Assembly: GCF_018350175.1 (NCBI RefSeq)
Contig: NC_058369.1
Span: 19,594,001-19,658,000 of the forward strand
DNA: 64,000 nt
Direction of reading: 5' to 3'
Origin: Felis catus
Taxonomy: Eukaryota
Shown here: in pieces, positions 25,351 to 37,325 of the stretch
Position numbering within the stretch: position 1 is the first letter of the stretch
Layout of the letters: every line of letters starts with the position of its first letter
Notes under the pieces: model-generated
Databases searched by the model: none
What the model was told of the DNA's origin: nothing
Seen by the model: the letters and a program-made list of their open reading frames with translations, nothing else
Translations under genes and position numbers: made by a program

Positions 25351-26894
25351 TTATCATGCAGTGTTAAAAGAGAATGTGCTTTAGAAACATTAAACTAAAT
25401 TGTAAACATGACACCTTTTTCTGTTTAGCAATTTTCGACATATTTGGAAACTTAACAGTCTCAAGATAATGGTCATTGAGGTTTGAGGTTGAAAGTACTT
25501 TATATATATTCATATCATATTTTTACATTGGTGCTAATTTTAATTTTTAATAGTTTGTATTTTGAATCTTTCTTTTGAAATCTGTGTCTTTATTCTTGAT
25601 GATAAGAATGATCTGAAATTATTCCCGGTGTGTAAGCATTATTGGATATGCTATATTAGGGTTTTAATTCTAACATTATGCTTTTACTCTAATGAACAAA
25701 CCTGTTTATGATTTTGCTCTCGACTCTTGCATAACCCCTTTTGACACATTTTGTATGGAAAAACAAGATTTTTTTTTTCACATAAAGCCTCAAGGAACTT
25801 AAAAAAGTCTTCAAAAATACATTGCCATATTATTTTAGCTGTGGTCCAGGTACTTGCAGATGATTTGCTATATCACACAGTAGGATACTCTAGTAAAAAT
25901 AATTACTATGTTGGGAAATGTCATTCAGAAGCTTCCTGTTTTCCTACTTTTCTGCAGTGGAATAAAATCGCAGCCTCCTGCTTCCATCTGTTTCTCCTTC
26001 TCTCTTCGAAACTCATTCATGAGCTCTTACTCACTGGTGAGTGAGAACCAAAACTGATGGAAGAATTAGTGTATGATGAATGCAGAACTTTGTATTATAG
26101 ACTTAGTAACATACCTCAGATAGATGTGCATTTGGCCTTTATTCAGATTCATCTAGTGAAAAGCCCTAACCACTTTTTGGGACAGCCCTATTTTATTGTT
26201 TAGAGAGCTGTAATTCGAACATTCTTCCTTACTGAATAGACTCCCTATAATTTCTTAGAAGTCTGTGTTCTGTGCCTATATTTAAATAATTTGCATCATA
26301 GCCCTTCAGTAGTTTATAACATTTTAGAATTGTAAGGCATTTTAGAGATACATGGGTTTCAGGCTCTAGAACTAAGTAAGTCTAGTTGGAATAGCTGACA
26401 TTCATTAAGTGATTAAGTGTTTACCACATGCCTAGCACTTTCATGTTATGGCTCAAATTTGCTTTTCAGCCTCATCTGCTGACCTACTGGTACTTTATAA
26501 TTTAGTGGAACTGAACTTTCACCAAGTCTTTCAATCTCGACTTAATTATACTAGTGCTGTCATGTGCCAGGACTATTTGTCACCCATTAAGTACTTGTTA
26601 TTTACTGCATCATGTCTCATTCATATTATTCCTTTTATGTGGGGTCTTTTACCTCCTCCATCTCTCAAAGTTTTTCCTGCCTAGCTAGGCTCCTTTCATA
26701 TATTGTTATCTTTGTAAACCTTTTTAGACCCTTGACCCTCTCTTTCTCCAATTAGATAGATTTTATTCTTTTAAGTTCATAAAACTTTGTACCTTATAGC
26801 GGTATATTTATTTTGTCCTCTTCCACTAGACTAATGTGTTTCCAATTTTTTACTATGCCCTACAATAAGAAGTACATTTAAAGTTGCTATCTCT

Positions 26895-27095
26895 GGGGTG
26901 CCTGGGTGGCTGTAGGTTCGGCTAAGTATCAGACTTCAGTTCAGGTAATGATCTCGCTGCTCGTGGGTTTGAGCCCCACATCGGGCTCTGTGCTGACTGC
27001 TTTGAGTCTGGAGCCTGCTTTGGATTCTGTCTCCCTCTCTGTCCCTGCACTTATGCTCTGTCTCTCTCTCAAAAATAAATAAACATTAAAAACAA
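26895..27095 (+). mobile_element. Can-SINE, probably inside an old hAT-type MITE (~26830-27290)
   Basis: SINE body is clear; the flanks (gtgtttccaa ... aaaaaccactg) resemble hAT-Charlie termini only weakly. Confidence 0.75.
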
Positions 27096-28847
27096 AATTG
27101 CTGTCTCTTGTGTGTGTATCTACACATACATAGACTTGTATACATATATATGAAAAAGTTAAAAGTTTTATGATATAGTACTGTGTACTTTGTACAGTGT
27201 ACTCTGATATTTTCTGTTAAGTGAGAAGTATTGGTGGCAGCTCACTCAATGGATCTTGTGACCCATGGTTAAAAAAAACCACTGCTTTAGGCTATAAACT
27301 CTTAAAAGTAGGGATTGTGCCAAATTTATCTTTGTATTCTTGGCAGATATAACTCAGTGCCAGGCATGTAGAAGGTTTTAAAGCTTGATTTTTGGACTTT
27401 TGAGCTACCATCTCACACTAATTACTCATACTGAAGTTACAGCAGTTAAACCCTAGATTTTATTTTACATGAACTGAAGTCAAGTCTCTTCCATCCTGAA
27501 CTTGTACAATTGATAATAAATATAAAAGTAAAATTATTAGTTTTATTTAAAAAAGATTTTATATTTATTTCCATTACATTTCATCAAAGGGGAGCATATT
27601 TGATTTGCCCCTATTGGTCCTAAGTTGGTAGGGGGCTAAACGTATTTGGCTCAGCAGTACAGCCTGTCAGGTCTTTTTGAAGCTTGAATTTTCAATGTCA
27701 CATATTATTTTTTTTTTGAACCTTTATCTACCCAATTGACAAATTTGTTTTCTTTTTCCAAGTGGTTGGTAAAAGGGTTGAACAGAATCAGAAAAAAATG
27801 TTATCTAGTGGGAAATGTCTAGTTTATAGACAAATATATTTTGCTATTTTGAACACAAATAATCTGAATGACTTATTGACATTTTATGAAATTGCCAGCT
27901 GTGCCACTTTTGTGAACCTATTCGTATTTGGGATTAGGGTGGGCTTGTAGCCAGATTGTGGTCCATAACCAAGGGGGAAAGATGTTGCTAAAGAGGTCTG
28001 TGTGGCCTTATATTTAAGTGTGGAGAACAAAGAAATTATAGCACTAGGAAGATGTTAAGTCCATTTTCATCTTCTGTATGAAATTTCATGTACATTTCAT
28101 GTACAGGAGGAAGGGTGGCCCCAAACTTTTCTTGAGTTTTGTTTTTGACATTCTCTTCACATTCCCTATACTCTAGATATGCTGGACAACTCATCCTTTT
28201 TCCAGACAGGTTTATAACGGTCCTACCTTTGTCACTTTGCTTAGATTCTTATACTATGACAGGAATGCAATGATTATCTTTCTCTGCCTGGGAAATGCCA
28301 ACTTAAAAAGCTCAAATGTCATCCCTTTGATGCCTTCCCAGCTCTGCTGGATATAAATAAGCACTGTTGCTTGCTCCTACAGCAGTTGGTACCAACCTTT
28401 GGTATGGAACTTATCCCTTTAGATGCTTAATTACATCTCTTTGCCTTGGGGAATTAAGCTTCTCTAGGACAAGGAACTTTATCTTCATGTTTGTAACCCC
28501 AGGACCTAGCAAATAGTGAGTGATCAATAAATGCTTAATTAGGATTCCAATCTAGTGAAGAATTTTATTTTGCTTTGTTAATCCTTATAGTATTTTATTT
28601 TTTCCCAGTAAAAACTTATAGTTTTATTAAATAATAGTTAAGAAAATATATGCCAAATGGAGCTATGTTTTAAGTAGTGCTATGTTTTAAGTCAAATGCT
28701 ATGAATCATTACCTTTCACTGATCAAGTGACCTTCAGGGTGTTTTACTTCTACAGAAGCCTTCTCCTTAGTTCTATAACAGTATGTCCAAGATTGTTTAT
28801 ATAAAACTAAACCTTAATGAAAAATAATTTCTTTCCTCTCTTAATAT

Positions 28848-29482
28848 TCTTTTTTTTAAAATAATTTACATCCAAATTAGTTAGCGTATAGTGCAACAAT
28901 GATTTCAGGATTAGATTCCTTAGTGCCCCTTACCTATTTAGCCCATCCCCCTTCCCACAATCCCTCCAGTAATCCTCAGTTTGTTCTCCATATTTATGAG
29001 TCTCTTATGTTTTGTCCCCCTCCCTGTTTTTATATTATTTTTGTTTCCCTTCCCTTATGTTCATCTGTTTTGTCTCTTAAAGACCTCATATGAGTGAAAT
29101 CATATGATATTTGTCTTTCTCTGACTAATTTCACTTAGCATAATACCTTCCAATTCCATCCACATAGTTGCAAATGGCAAGATTTCATTCTTTTTGATTG
29201 CCGAGTAATACTCCATTGTGTGTGTGTGTGTGTGTGTGTATACCATATCTTCTTTATCCATTCATCCATCGATGGACATTTGGGCTCTTTCCATACTTTG
29301 GCTGTTGTTGATAGTGCTGCTATAAACATTGGGGTGCATGTGTCCCTTCGAAACAGCACACCTGTATCCCTTGGATAAACACCTGGTAGTGCAATTGCTG
29401 GGTCTTAGGGTAGTTCTATTTTTAGTTTTTTGAGGAACCTCCATACTGTTTTCCAGAGTGTCTGCACCAGCTTGCATTCCCA
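28848..29482 (-). mobile_element. 5'-truncated L1, older 3'UTR type
   Basis: Minus-strand frame gives [19 protein letters not shown] (ORF2 C-terminus). Confidence 0.88.
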
Positions 29483-29496
29483 ATCCTGATAGTATT

Positions 29497-30032
29497 ATTT
29501 TTTTATTTTTTTATTTTTATTTTTTAATTTTTTTTCAATATATGAAATTTATTGTCAAATTGGTTTCCATACAACACCCAGTGCTCATCCCAAAAGGTGC
29601 CCTCCTCAATACCCATCACCCACCCTCCCCTCCCTCCCACCTCCCATCAACCCTCAGTTTGTTCTCAGTTTTTAAGAGTCTCTTATGCTTTGGCCCTCTC
29701 TCCCACTCTAACCTCTTTTTTTCTTTTTTTTTTTCTTCCCCTCCCCCATAGGTTTCTGTTAAGTTTCTCAGGATCCACATAAGAGTGAAAACATATGGTA
29801 TCTGTCTTTCTCTGTATGGCTTATTTTACTTAGCATTACACTCTCCAGTTCCATCCACGTTGCTACAAAGGGCCATATTTCATTCTTTCTCATTGCCACG
29901 TAGCACTCCATTGTGTATATAAACCACAATTTCTTTATCCATTCATTAGTTGATGGACATTTAGGCTCTTTCCATAATTTGGCTATTGTTGAGAGTGCTG
30001 CTATAAACATTGGGGTACAAGTGCCCCTATAC
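29497..30032 (-). mobile_element. 5'-truncated young L1
   Basis: ORF2 C-terminus ...[15 protein letters not shown] atcctgatagtatt at 29483-29496 and 30033-30046. Confidence 0.92.
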
Positions 30033-31389
30033 ATCCTGATAGTATTTTAAAAGTCAAGCTATAAATCTGATAATATTTAGTTGTTAGAATTTTGTGCCAT
30101 CATGAATACACTTTTTTCCCCTCTTAGCCTTTCTATTTCTTGAGCCTGTTAAGAAGGTTTACTGCTGAGTTCAAATGACTGACTTTGGGTGGCAGCCTTA
30201 GAATTCCAGTATGAATCCATTTCACCTAGAATTTCACAGTTATCACAACAATGATTCAGAAGTCTTGTAGCAGGTAATTGGGTGTAGTTTGAAATTACCC
30301 CAACAATTCTTCTTTCATTTGACATCTTTGGGGAAGCTGTGTTTTGGATGAGTGACTTTTCCAGAGAACTCAAGGTTAAACCTTTAAAAGCACCAAGAAA
30401 AGATTTTGTCTTTTTTTTTTTTGTTGTTGTTGTTGGAATTTTTTCTGAAATGTAATGTATTCTTCCCTGTATTGTGAATTCAGTATGTGGAATACATTTA
30501 AGCTTTCTCTTTTTCTGTGTAATAATTTTCCTTTTGAGTACATTATATATGTATGTTCATTAAAGAAATGTCAGTATATATAGAAAAATACACACAAAAA
30601 GAAAATAAGGATGATATCTTACTTTTGGTACCCACACATAACCCCTCTCAACATATTAGTGTATCTTTCTAGTCTTCTTCTATAAACACATTTAAGTAGA
30701 CATTTTTAAATAAATTTAAGGCCATACTGTATATATTGTCCTATAATCTTTTGTTTTAAATCTATTATACTGTGAATCTTTTCTTATGTCTGGCATGTTC
30801 ATTGTTTTAATGACTGCTGTTCCATAATATGGATATACTTAAATTTACCTAGCCTCCTACTTCTAAACAGTTGGTTGCTTGAAACTATTGCCAGGACAGT
30901 GAGGGTTCTTATTTCTCTGTACCCTTGTCAGCTTAGGACATTATTTCCTCCACAGATTTGCGTTTTTCAAAAATTCAAAATTGATACATGCTTGAAAGGA
31001 ATAAATCTTTAAGCATTGCAAAAATAAAGTGTTCCGTATTGCCAGTTCAACTTCTTGGGCATCAGTTATTTAACTGAACTTTCTGACTATTTGATATTAT
31101 TAATAGAAACAAATGATTATGATGCTAATACAGTGATACTTGTTTACTTCCTCACTGAAATCCCTAATTCCACTTAGTGATTCTCTTGTTTGCTCCTTTT
31201 CTCATCTGATTGTGATGCTCTTAGGGAATTTGGGGTGATATGTGGGACTCTGACTCACTATCAATGACTTGAAATATGTATTTAATTTTTTTTGTATCTC
31301 TGTACATTCCTTTTCTTGGTAGATACTTTGAGTATTATCCTTTTCTTTCTCTTACTGGTTAGCCATTCATTGTTGTTCTGTTTCTGTCC

Positions 31390-31735
31390 CCAGCTATACA
31401 CTTGGAAGCTAGAACTGAATTGAACTTGTTCAAGGGAAATTGGGTGATCAACTGTGTGAAGAACTAAAGTGGCTTCTCTCTTTTTTGGAGTGAGATTCAG
31501 TGCCTTTATGATAGATTCAGTCCTGCTGAAAGAACTTTCTGACTCATGGTCAAGGTGGGGCTCTATAGGAAGGCTCATCTTTGGAACAGAGGCAATGCTG
31601 TGAGAGTGATAGAACCTGATGCATATTTGGTCTGTGCAGAGGGCACTTTCCCTGTGAATGGGTGTTATAGACATGACATGACCTGGTAGTGCTGCAACCA
31701 TTTTGTTGTCATGAGGAGAGCCAGGAAGGAGGGGT
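31390..31735. mobile_element. Old ERVL-type LTR fragment (LTR16/LTR33-like)
   Basis: gctgcaaccattttgttgtcatgagg motif characteristic of these LTRs. Confidence 0.45.
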
Positions 31736-31844
31736 TTTGTTTTACTTTTAGGTCTGGGAAAGGGATTAAAAAGCATTATGGTTTGAGGGAAGGAACCTTT
31801 GGAAAATAAAATCTTTTGATACATTTAAACATTGAAATATTAAA

Positions 31845-32215
31845 CAATTTTTAATGTTTATTTTTATTATTTTTTAATATGAAATTTATTGTCAGATTGG
31901 TTTCCATACAACACCCAGTGCTCATCCCAACAGGTGCCCTCCTCAATGCCCATCACCCATCCCCCCCTCCCTCCCACCCCCCATCAACCTTCAGTTTATT
32001 CTCAGCTTTTAAGAGTCTCTTATGGTTTATTTATTTTTGAGAGAGAGAGAGAAAGACAGCATGAGCAGGGGAGGGCAGAGAGGGAGGAAGACAAAGAATC
32101 CAGAACAGGCTCCAGGCTCTGAGCTGTTTGCACAGAGCCTGATGTGGGGCTCTGTACCATGAGATCATGACCTGAGTCGAAGTTGGATGCTCAACGGACT
32201 GAGCCACCCAGGCAC
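31845..32215 (-). mobile_element. Can-SINE with a short L1 3' end nested in its tail
   Basis: SINE tail (taatgtttattt) lies on both sides of the L1 piece; outer TSD attgaaatatt at 31831 and 32227. Confidence 0.75.
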
Positions 32216-33511
32216 ATATTGAACATATTGAAATATTTAAGCTCTAATGAGACAGTGGTATATGACTATAAGTAATGATACTGTGTTTGTCCCACAGAGC
32301 ACTCATTGTTTTTATTGATTTGCTTTCTCAGATGCTGTAGCAGGTTTCTGTGTTAGTAATGATCTACTTTAATTGGTCAATTCTTTACCTCAATATTTAA
32401 AAATTATTTTTATTATGGTAAAATACATTTTACTCATTTTAAGTGTACAATTCAGTGTCATTAAATACATATAAGTTTTGTATAATCATCACTATTCTTT
32501 ATTTCCATAACTTTTTGATCATCTCAAACAGAAAGTCTATACCTCTCCCTATATCTCTTGGAACCCTTTATTTTACTTTGTGTCTCCATGAATTGGACTA
32601 TTCCAGAAACTTCATATAAATAGAATCATACAGTATTTGTCCTTTTGTTCCTGGCTTATGTTACTTATAGCATAAGGTTTTCAAGGTTCATTTGTGTTGT
32701 AGCATATTTCAGAATTTCATTTCTTTTTATGACTGAATAATATTCCATTTTATGTGTATATATGACTTTTTTTATCCATTCATCTGTTGATGTACAATCG
32801 TGTTGTTTCCATCTTTTGGCTCTTGTGAATAAAGCTGCTGTATGAACATTGGTGTGTAAGAACACTTAGTGTGCAGGAAGAGTCCTTTTCTTTTTTTTAA
32901 TGTTTGTTTTTGATAGCGAGAGAGAGAGTGCACACATGCATGTGCACAAGTTGGGGAGGGGCAGGGAGAGAGGGAGGGAGACAGAGGATCTGAAGCAGGC
33001 TCTGCGTTGACAGCAGAGAGCTAGATGTGGGACTCAGACTCATGAGCTGCTAGATCATGACCTGAGCTGAAGTTGGATGCTTAACCCAGGTGCCCCTTGA
33101 ATCCTTATTTTCATTTCCCTTGGGTATGTACCTAAGCTTGGAATTGCTGGATCAAATAGTAATTCCATGTTTAACTTTTTTGAGAAATTGCCAAACTATT
33201 TTCCACACCAGCTATGCCATTTTACATTACTAGCAGCAGTGTGTGAGGGTTCCACATCTCTACCAACATTTCTTTTTTTATTTTTTATTTTTTTTCAACG
33301 TTTTTTATTTATTTTTGGGACAGAGAGAGACAGTGCATGAACGGGGGAGGGGCAGAGAGAGAGGGAGACACAGAATCGGAAACAGGCTCCAGGCTCCGAG
33401 CCATCAGCCCAGAGCCTGACGCGGGGCTCGAACTCACAGACCGCGAGATTGTGACCTGGCTGAAGTCGGACGCTTAACCGACTGCGCCACCCAGGCGCCC
33501 CAACATTTCTT

Positions 33512-34545
33512 TTTTTAAAAAAATTTATTTATTTAAATTCAAGTCTGTTAGCATACAGTGTAGTATTGGTTTCAGGAGTAGAACCCAGTGATTCATCACT
33601 TACATATAATACCCAGTGCTCATCTCAACAAGTGTCCTCCCTAATGTCCATCACCCACCTAGCCCATCCCCCCATCCAGCTCCCCTCCAGCAACCCTCAG
33701 TTTGTTCTCTGTGGTTAAGAGTCTCTTACGGTTTGCTTCCCTCTCTCTTTTTTTTTTTTTATCTTATTTTTCCTTCCTTTCCCCTATGTTCATCTGTTTC
33801 TTAAATTCCACACATGAGTGAAATTATATGATATTTGTCTTTCTCTGACTTATTTTGCTTAGCATACTACACTCTGGTTCCATCAACATTGTTTCAAATG
33901 GCAGGGTTTCATTCTTTTTGATTGCTGAATAGTATCCCATTGTATATATATACCACGTCTTCCTTTTTAAAAAATTTTATTTTTTATTAAAAATTTTTAT
34001 TTATTTTTGAGAGAGAGACAGAATGCGAGTAGGTTAGGGGCAGAGAGAGAGGGAGACACAGAATCTGAAGCAGGCTCCAGGCTCTGAGCTGTCAGCACAG
34101 AGCCCGATTCGGGGCTCGAACCCACGAACCGTGAGATCATGACCTGAGCTGAAGTCAGGCGCTCAACCGACTGAGCCACCCAGGCGCCCCTATTTTTAAA
34201 AATTTACATCCAAATTAGTTAGCATATAATGCAACAATGATTTCAGGAGTAGATTCCTTAGTGCCCCTTACCCATTTAGCCCATCCCCCTTCCACAACCC
34301 CTCCAGCAACCCTCAGTTTGTTCTCCATATTTATGAGTCTCTTCTGTTTTGTCCTCCTCCCTATTTTTATATTATTTTTGTTTCCCTTTCCTTATGTTCA
34401 TCTGTTTTGGCTCTTAAAGTTCTCATATGAGTGAAATCATGATTTTTGTCTTTCTCTAATTTCACTTAGCATAATACCCTCCAGTTCCATCGATGTAGTT
34501 GCAAATGGCAAGATTTCATTCTTTTTGATTGCCGAGTAATACTCC

Positions 34546-34599
<54 letters not shown>

Positions 34600-36035
34600 C
34601 ACCACATTTTCTTTATCCATTCATCCATCAATGGACATTTGGGCTCTTTCCATACTTTGGCTATTGTTGATAGTGCTGCTATAAACATGGGGGTGTGTGT
34701 CCCTTCGAAACAGCACACCTGTCTCCTGTAGCACGTCTTCTGTATCCATTCATCAGTCAATGGATATCTGAACTCTTTCCATAATTTGGCTATTGTTGAT
34801 AGTGCTGCTGTAAACATTGGGGTGCCTGTGTCCCTTCGAGTCAGCATTTTTGTGTACTTTAAATAAATCTGTTTTTTATTTTTTGAGGAACCTCCATACT
34901 GTTTTCTAGAGCAGCTACACCAGTTTGCATTCCCACCAACAGTGCAAAAGTGTTCCTTTTTCTCTGCATCCTTGCCAATATCTGTTGTTTCCTGAGTTGT
35001 TAATTTTAGCCATTCTGACAGGTGTGAGGTGGTATCTCATGGTGGTTTTGATGTGTATTTCCCTGATGATGAATGATGTTGAGAATCTTTTAATATGTCT
35101 GTTAGCCATCTGGATGTCTTCTTTGGAAAAGTATTCATGTCTTCTACCATTTCTTGACTGCATTATTTGTTTTCTTGGGTGTTGAGTTTGATAATTTCTT
35201 TATAGATTTTGGATACTAACCCATTATCTGATATCTAATTTGTAAATATCTTCTCCCATTCTGTAGGCTGCCTTTGAGTTTTGTGGATTGTTCCTTTGCT
35301 GTGCAGAAGTTTTATCTTGATGAGGTCCCAGTAGTTCATTTTTGCTTTTATTTCCCTTGCCTCCAGAGACACGTCTAGTAAGAAGTTGCTGTGGCCAAGG
35401 TCAAAGAAGTTGTTGCCTGTTTTCTCCTCTAGGATTTTGATGGTGTCCTGTCTCACATTTAGGTCTTTCATCCATTTTGAGTTTATTTTTGTGAATGGTG
35501 TAAGAAAGTGGTCCGGTTTCATTCTTCTGCATGTTGCTGTCCAGTTTTCCCAGCATCATTTGCTGAAAAGACTGTCTTTTTTTCCATTGGATACACTTTT
35601 TCTGCTTTGTAGAAGATTAGTTGGCCATACAATTGTGGGTCCATTTCTGGGTTCTCTATTCTGTTCTGTTGACCTGTGTGTCTGTTTTTGTGTCAGTACT
35701 ATACTGTCTTGATGATTAGCTTTGTAATACAGCTTGAAGTCCAGAGTTGTGATGCCTCTAGCTTTGCTTTTCTTTTTCAGCATTATGTTGGCTTTTTGGG
35801 GTCTTTTCTGGTTCCTACAAATTTTAGGATTGTTTGTTCTAGCTCTGTGAAGAATGCTGGTGTTATTTTGATAGGGATTGCATTGAATTCATAGATTACT
35901 TTGGGTGGTATAGATATTTTAACAGTATTCTTCCAATCCATGAGCATGGAATGTTTTTCCATTTCTTTGTGTCTTCTTCAATTTCTTTTTTAAGCTTTCT
36001 GTAGTTTTCAGCATGCAGATCTTTAACCTCTTTTC
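33512..36035 (-). mobile_element. Nested carnivore L1 fragment, itself containing an L1+SINE insert (33963-34731)
   Basis: ORF2 peptides ([24 protein letters not shown]); outer TSD ccaacatttctt; inner TSD cacgtcttc at 33954 and 34732. Confidence 0.85.
34547..34596. repeat. (TG)n microsatellite within an L1
   Basis: Seen directly. Confidence 0.95.
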
Positions 36036-37288
36036 ACCAACATTTCTTACTTTTTTCATTTTTTGATAATAGCCATCTTAATGACTATGAAGTGGTATCT
36101 CATTGTGGTTTTGATTTGCATTTCCCTAATGATTAGTGATGTGGAGCATCTTTTCATGTGCTTATTGGCCATCTGTAGATGTTCTTTGGAGAAATATTCC
36201 ATTGTATATATATGTCACATTTTGCTTATTCATTCTTTGTGTTTGGACATTTGGGTTGTTCATACCTTTTGGCTATCACAAATAATGCTGTGGTGAACAT
36301 TTGGCATATGAGTATCTGACTCCCTATTTCCAAATCTTTAGGGTATATACCTAGAAGTAGAATTCTGTATCATATGGTAATTCTGTGTTTAGTTTTTTGA
36401 GGAACCACTATACTGTTTTTCATAGCGCCTGCACTATTTTACATTCCCACCATCCATGTGCAAGGATTCCCAGTTTTCTCTACGCCCTTTGCCAGTACAT
36501 GTTACTTTCTGTTCTTAAAAAACATATTTTTATTACAGCTATCCAGATGGCTTTGGAATGGGATCTCATTGTGGTTTTGATTTGCATTTCCCTAATAATA
36601 ATGATGTTGAACTTCTTTTTATGTGATTATTGGCCATTTATAGGTTTTCTTTGGAGAAATGTCTATTCAAGTACCTAGCCCATCTTTTTGTTTCTTTTCC
36701 AAATTTTTATTTAAATACAGCTAGGTAACATACAATGTAGTATTAGTTTCAGGTGTAGAATTTAGTAACTTATCACTTACATACAACACCCAACGCTCAT
36801 CACAAGTGCTCTCCTTAATGCCCATCATCTATTTAACCTATCCCTCCTCTTCCCACCTCTCCTCCAGTAACCCTCAGTTTGTTCTGTATAGTTAAGAGGT
36901 CTGTTTCCTGATTTGCCTCTCTTTTTTTCCCCTCTATGTTCATGTGTTTTGTTTCTTAAATTCCACATATGAGTGAAATTGTGGTATTTCTCTGACTTAT
37001 TTTGCTTAGCATAGTACTCTATAGCTCCATCCATGTCATTGCAATGACAAATTTCATTCTTTTTTTTATTTCTTTGCCTGTTTTTAAATAGATCTTTTGT
37101 TGTTGTTGTGCTTCTTTTTATATTCTGGATATTAACCCTTTATCAGATACGTGGTTTGCAAATTTTTTTCTGATTTCATGGTTTGCCTTTTCACTCTTTT
37201 ATACTGTCCTTTGATAGTATAAGTCCTTTGATACAAATAAGTTTTTGTTTCTGTTTTTTTAAAATTTTTTTAATGTTTATTTATTTTT

Positions 37289-37325
<37 letters not shown>

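Noticed and set aside
31282..31824. 180-aa minus-strand ORF
   Set aside because: Overlaps an LTR-like remnant and low-complexity flanks; no recognisable domain.
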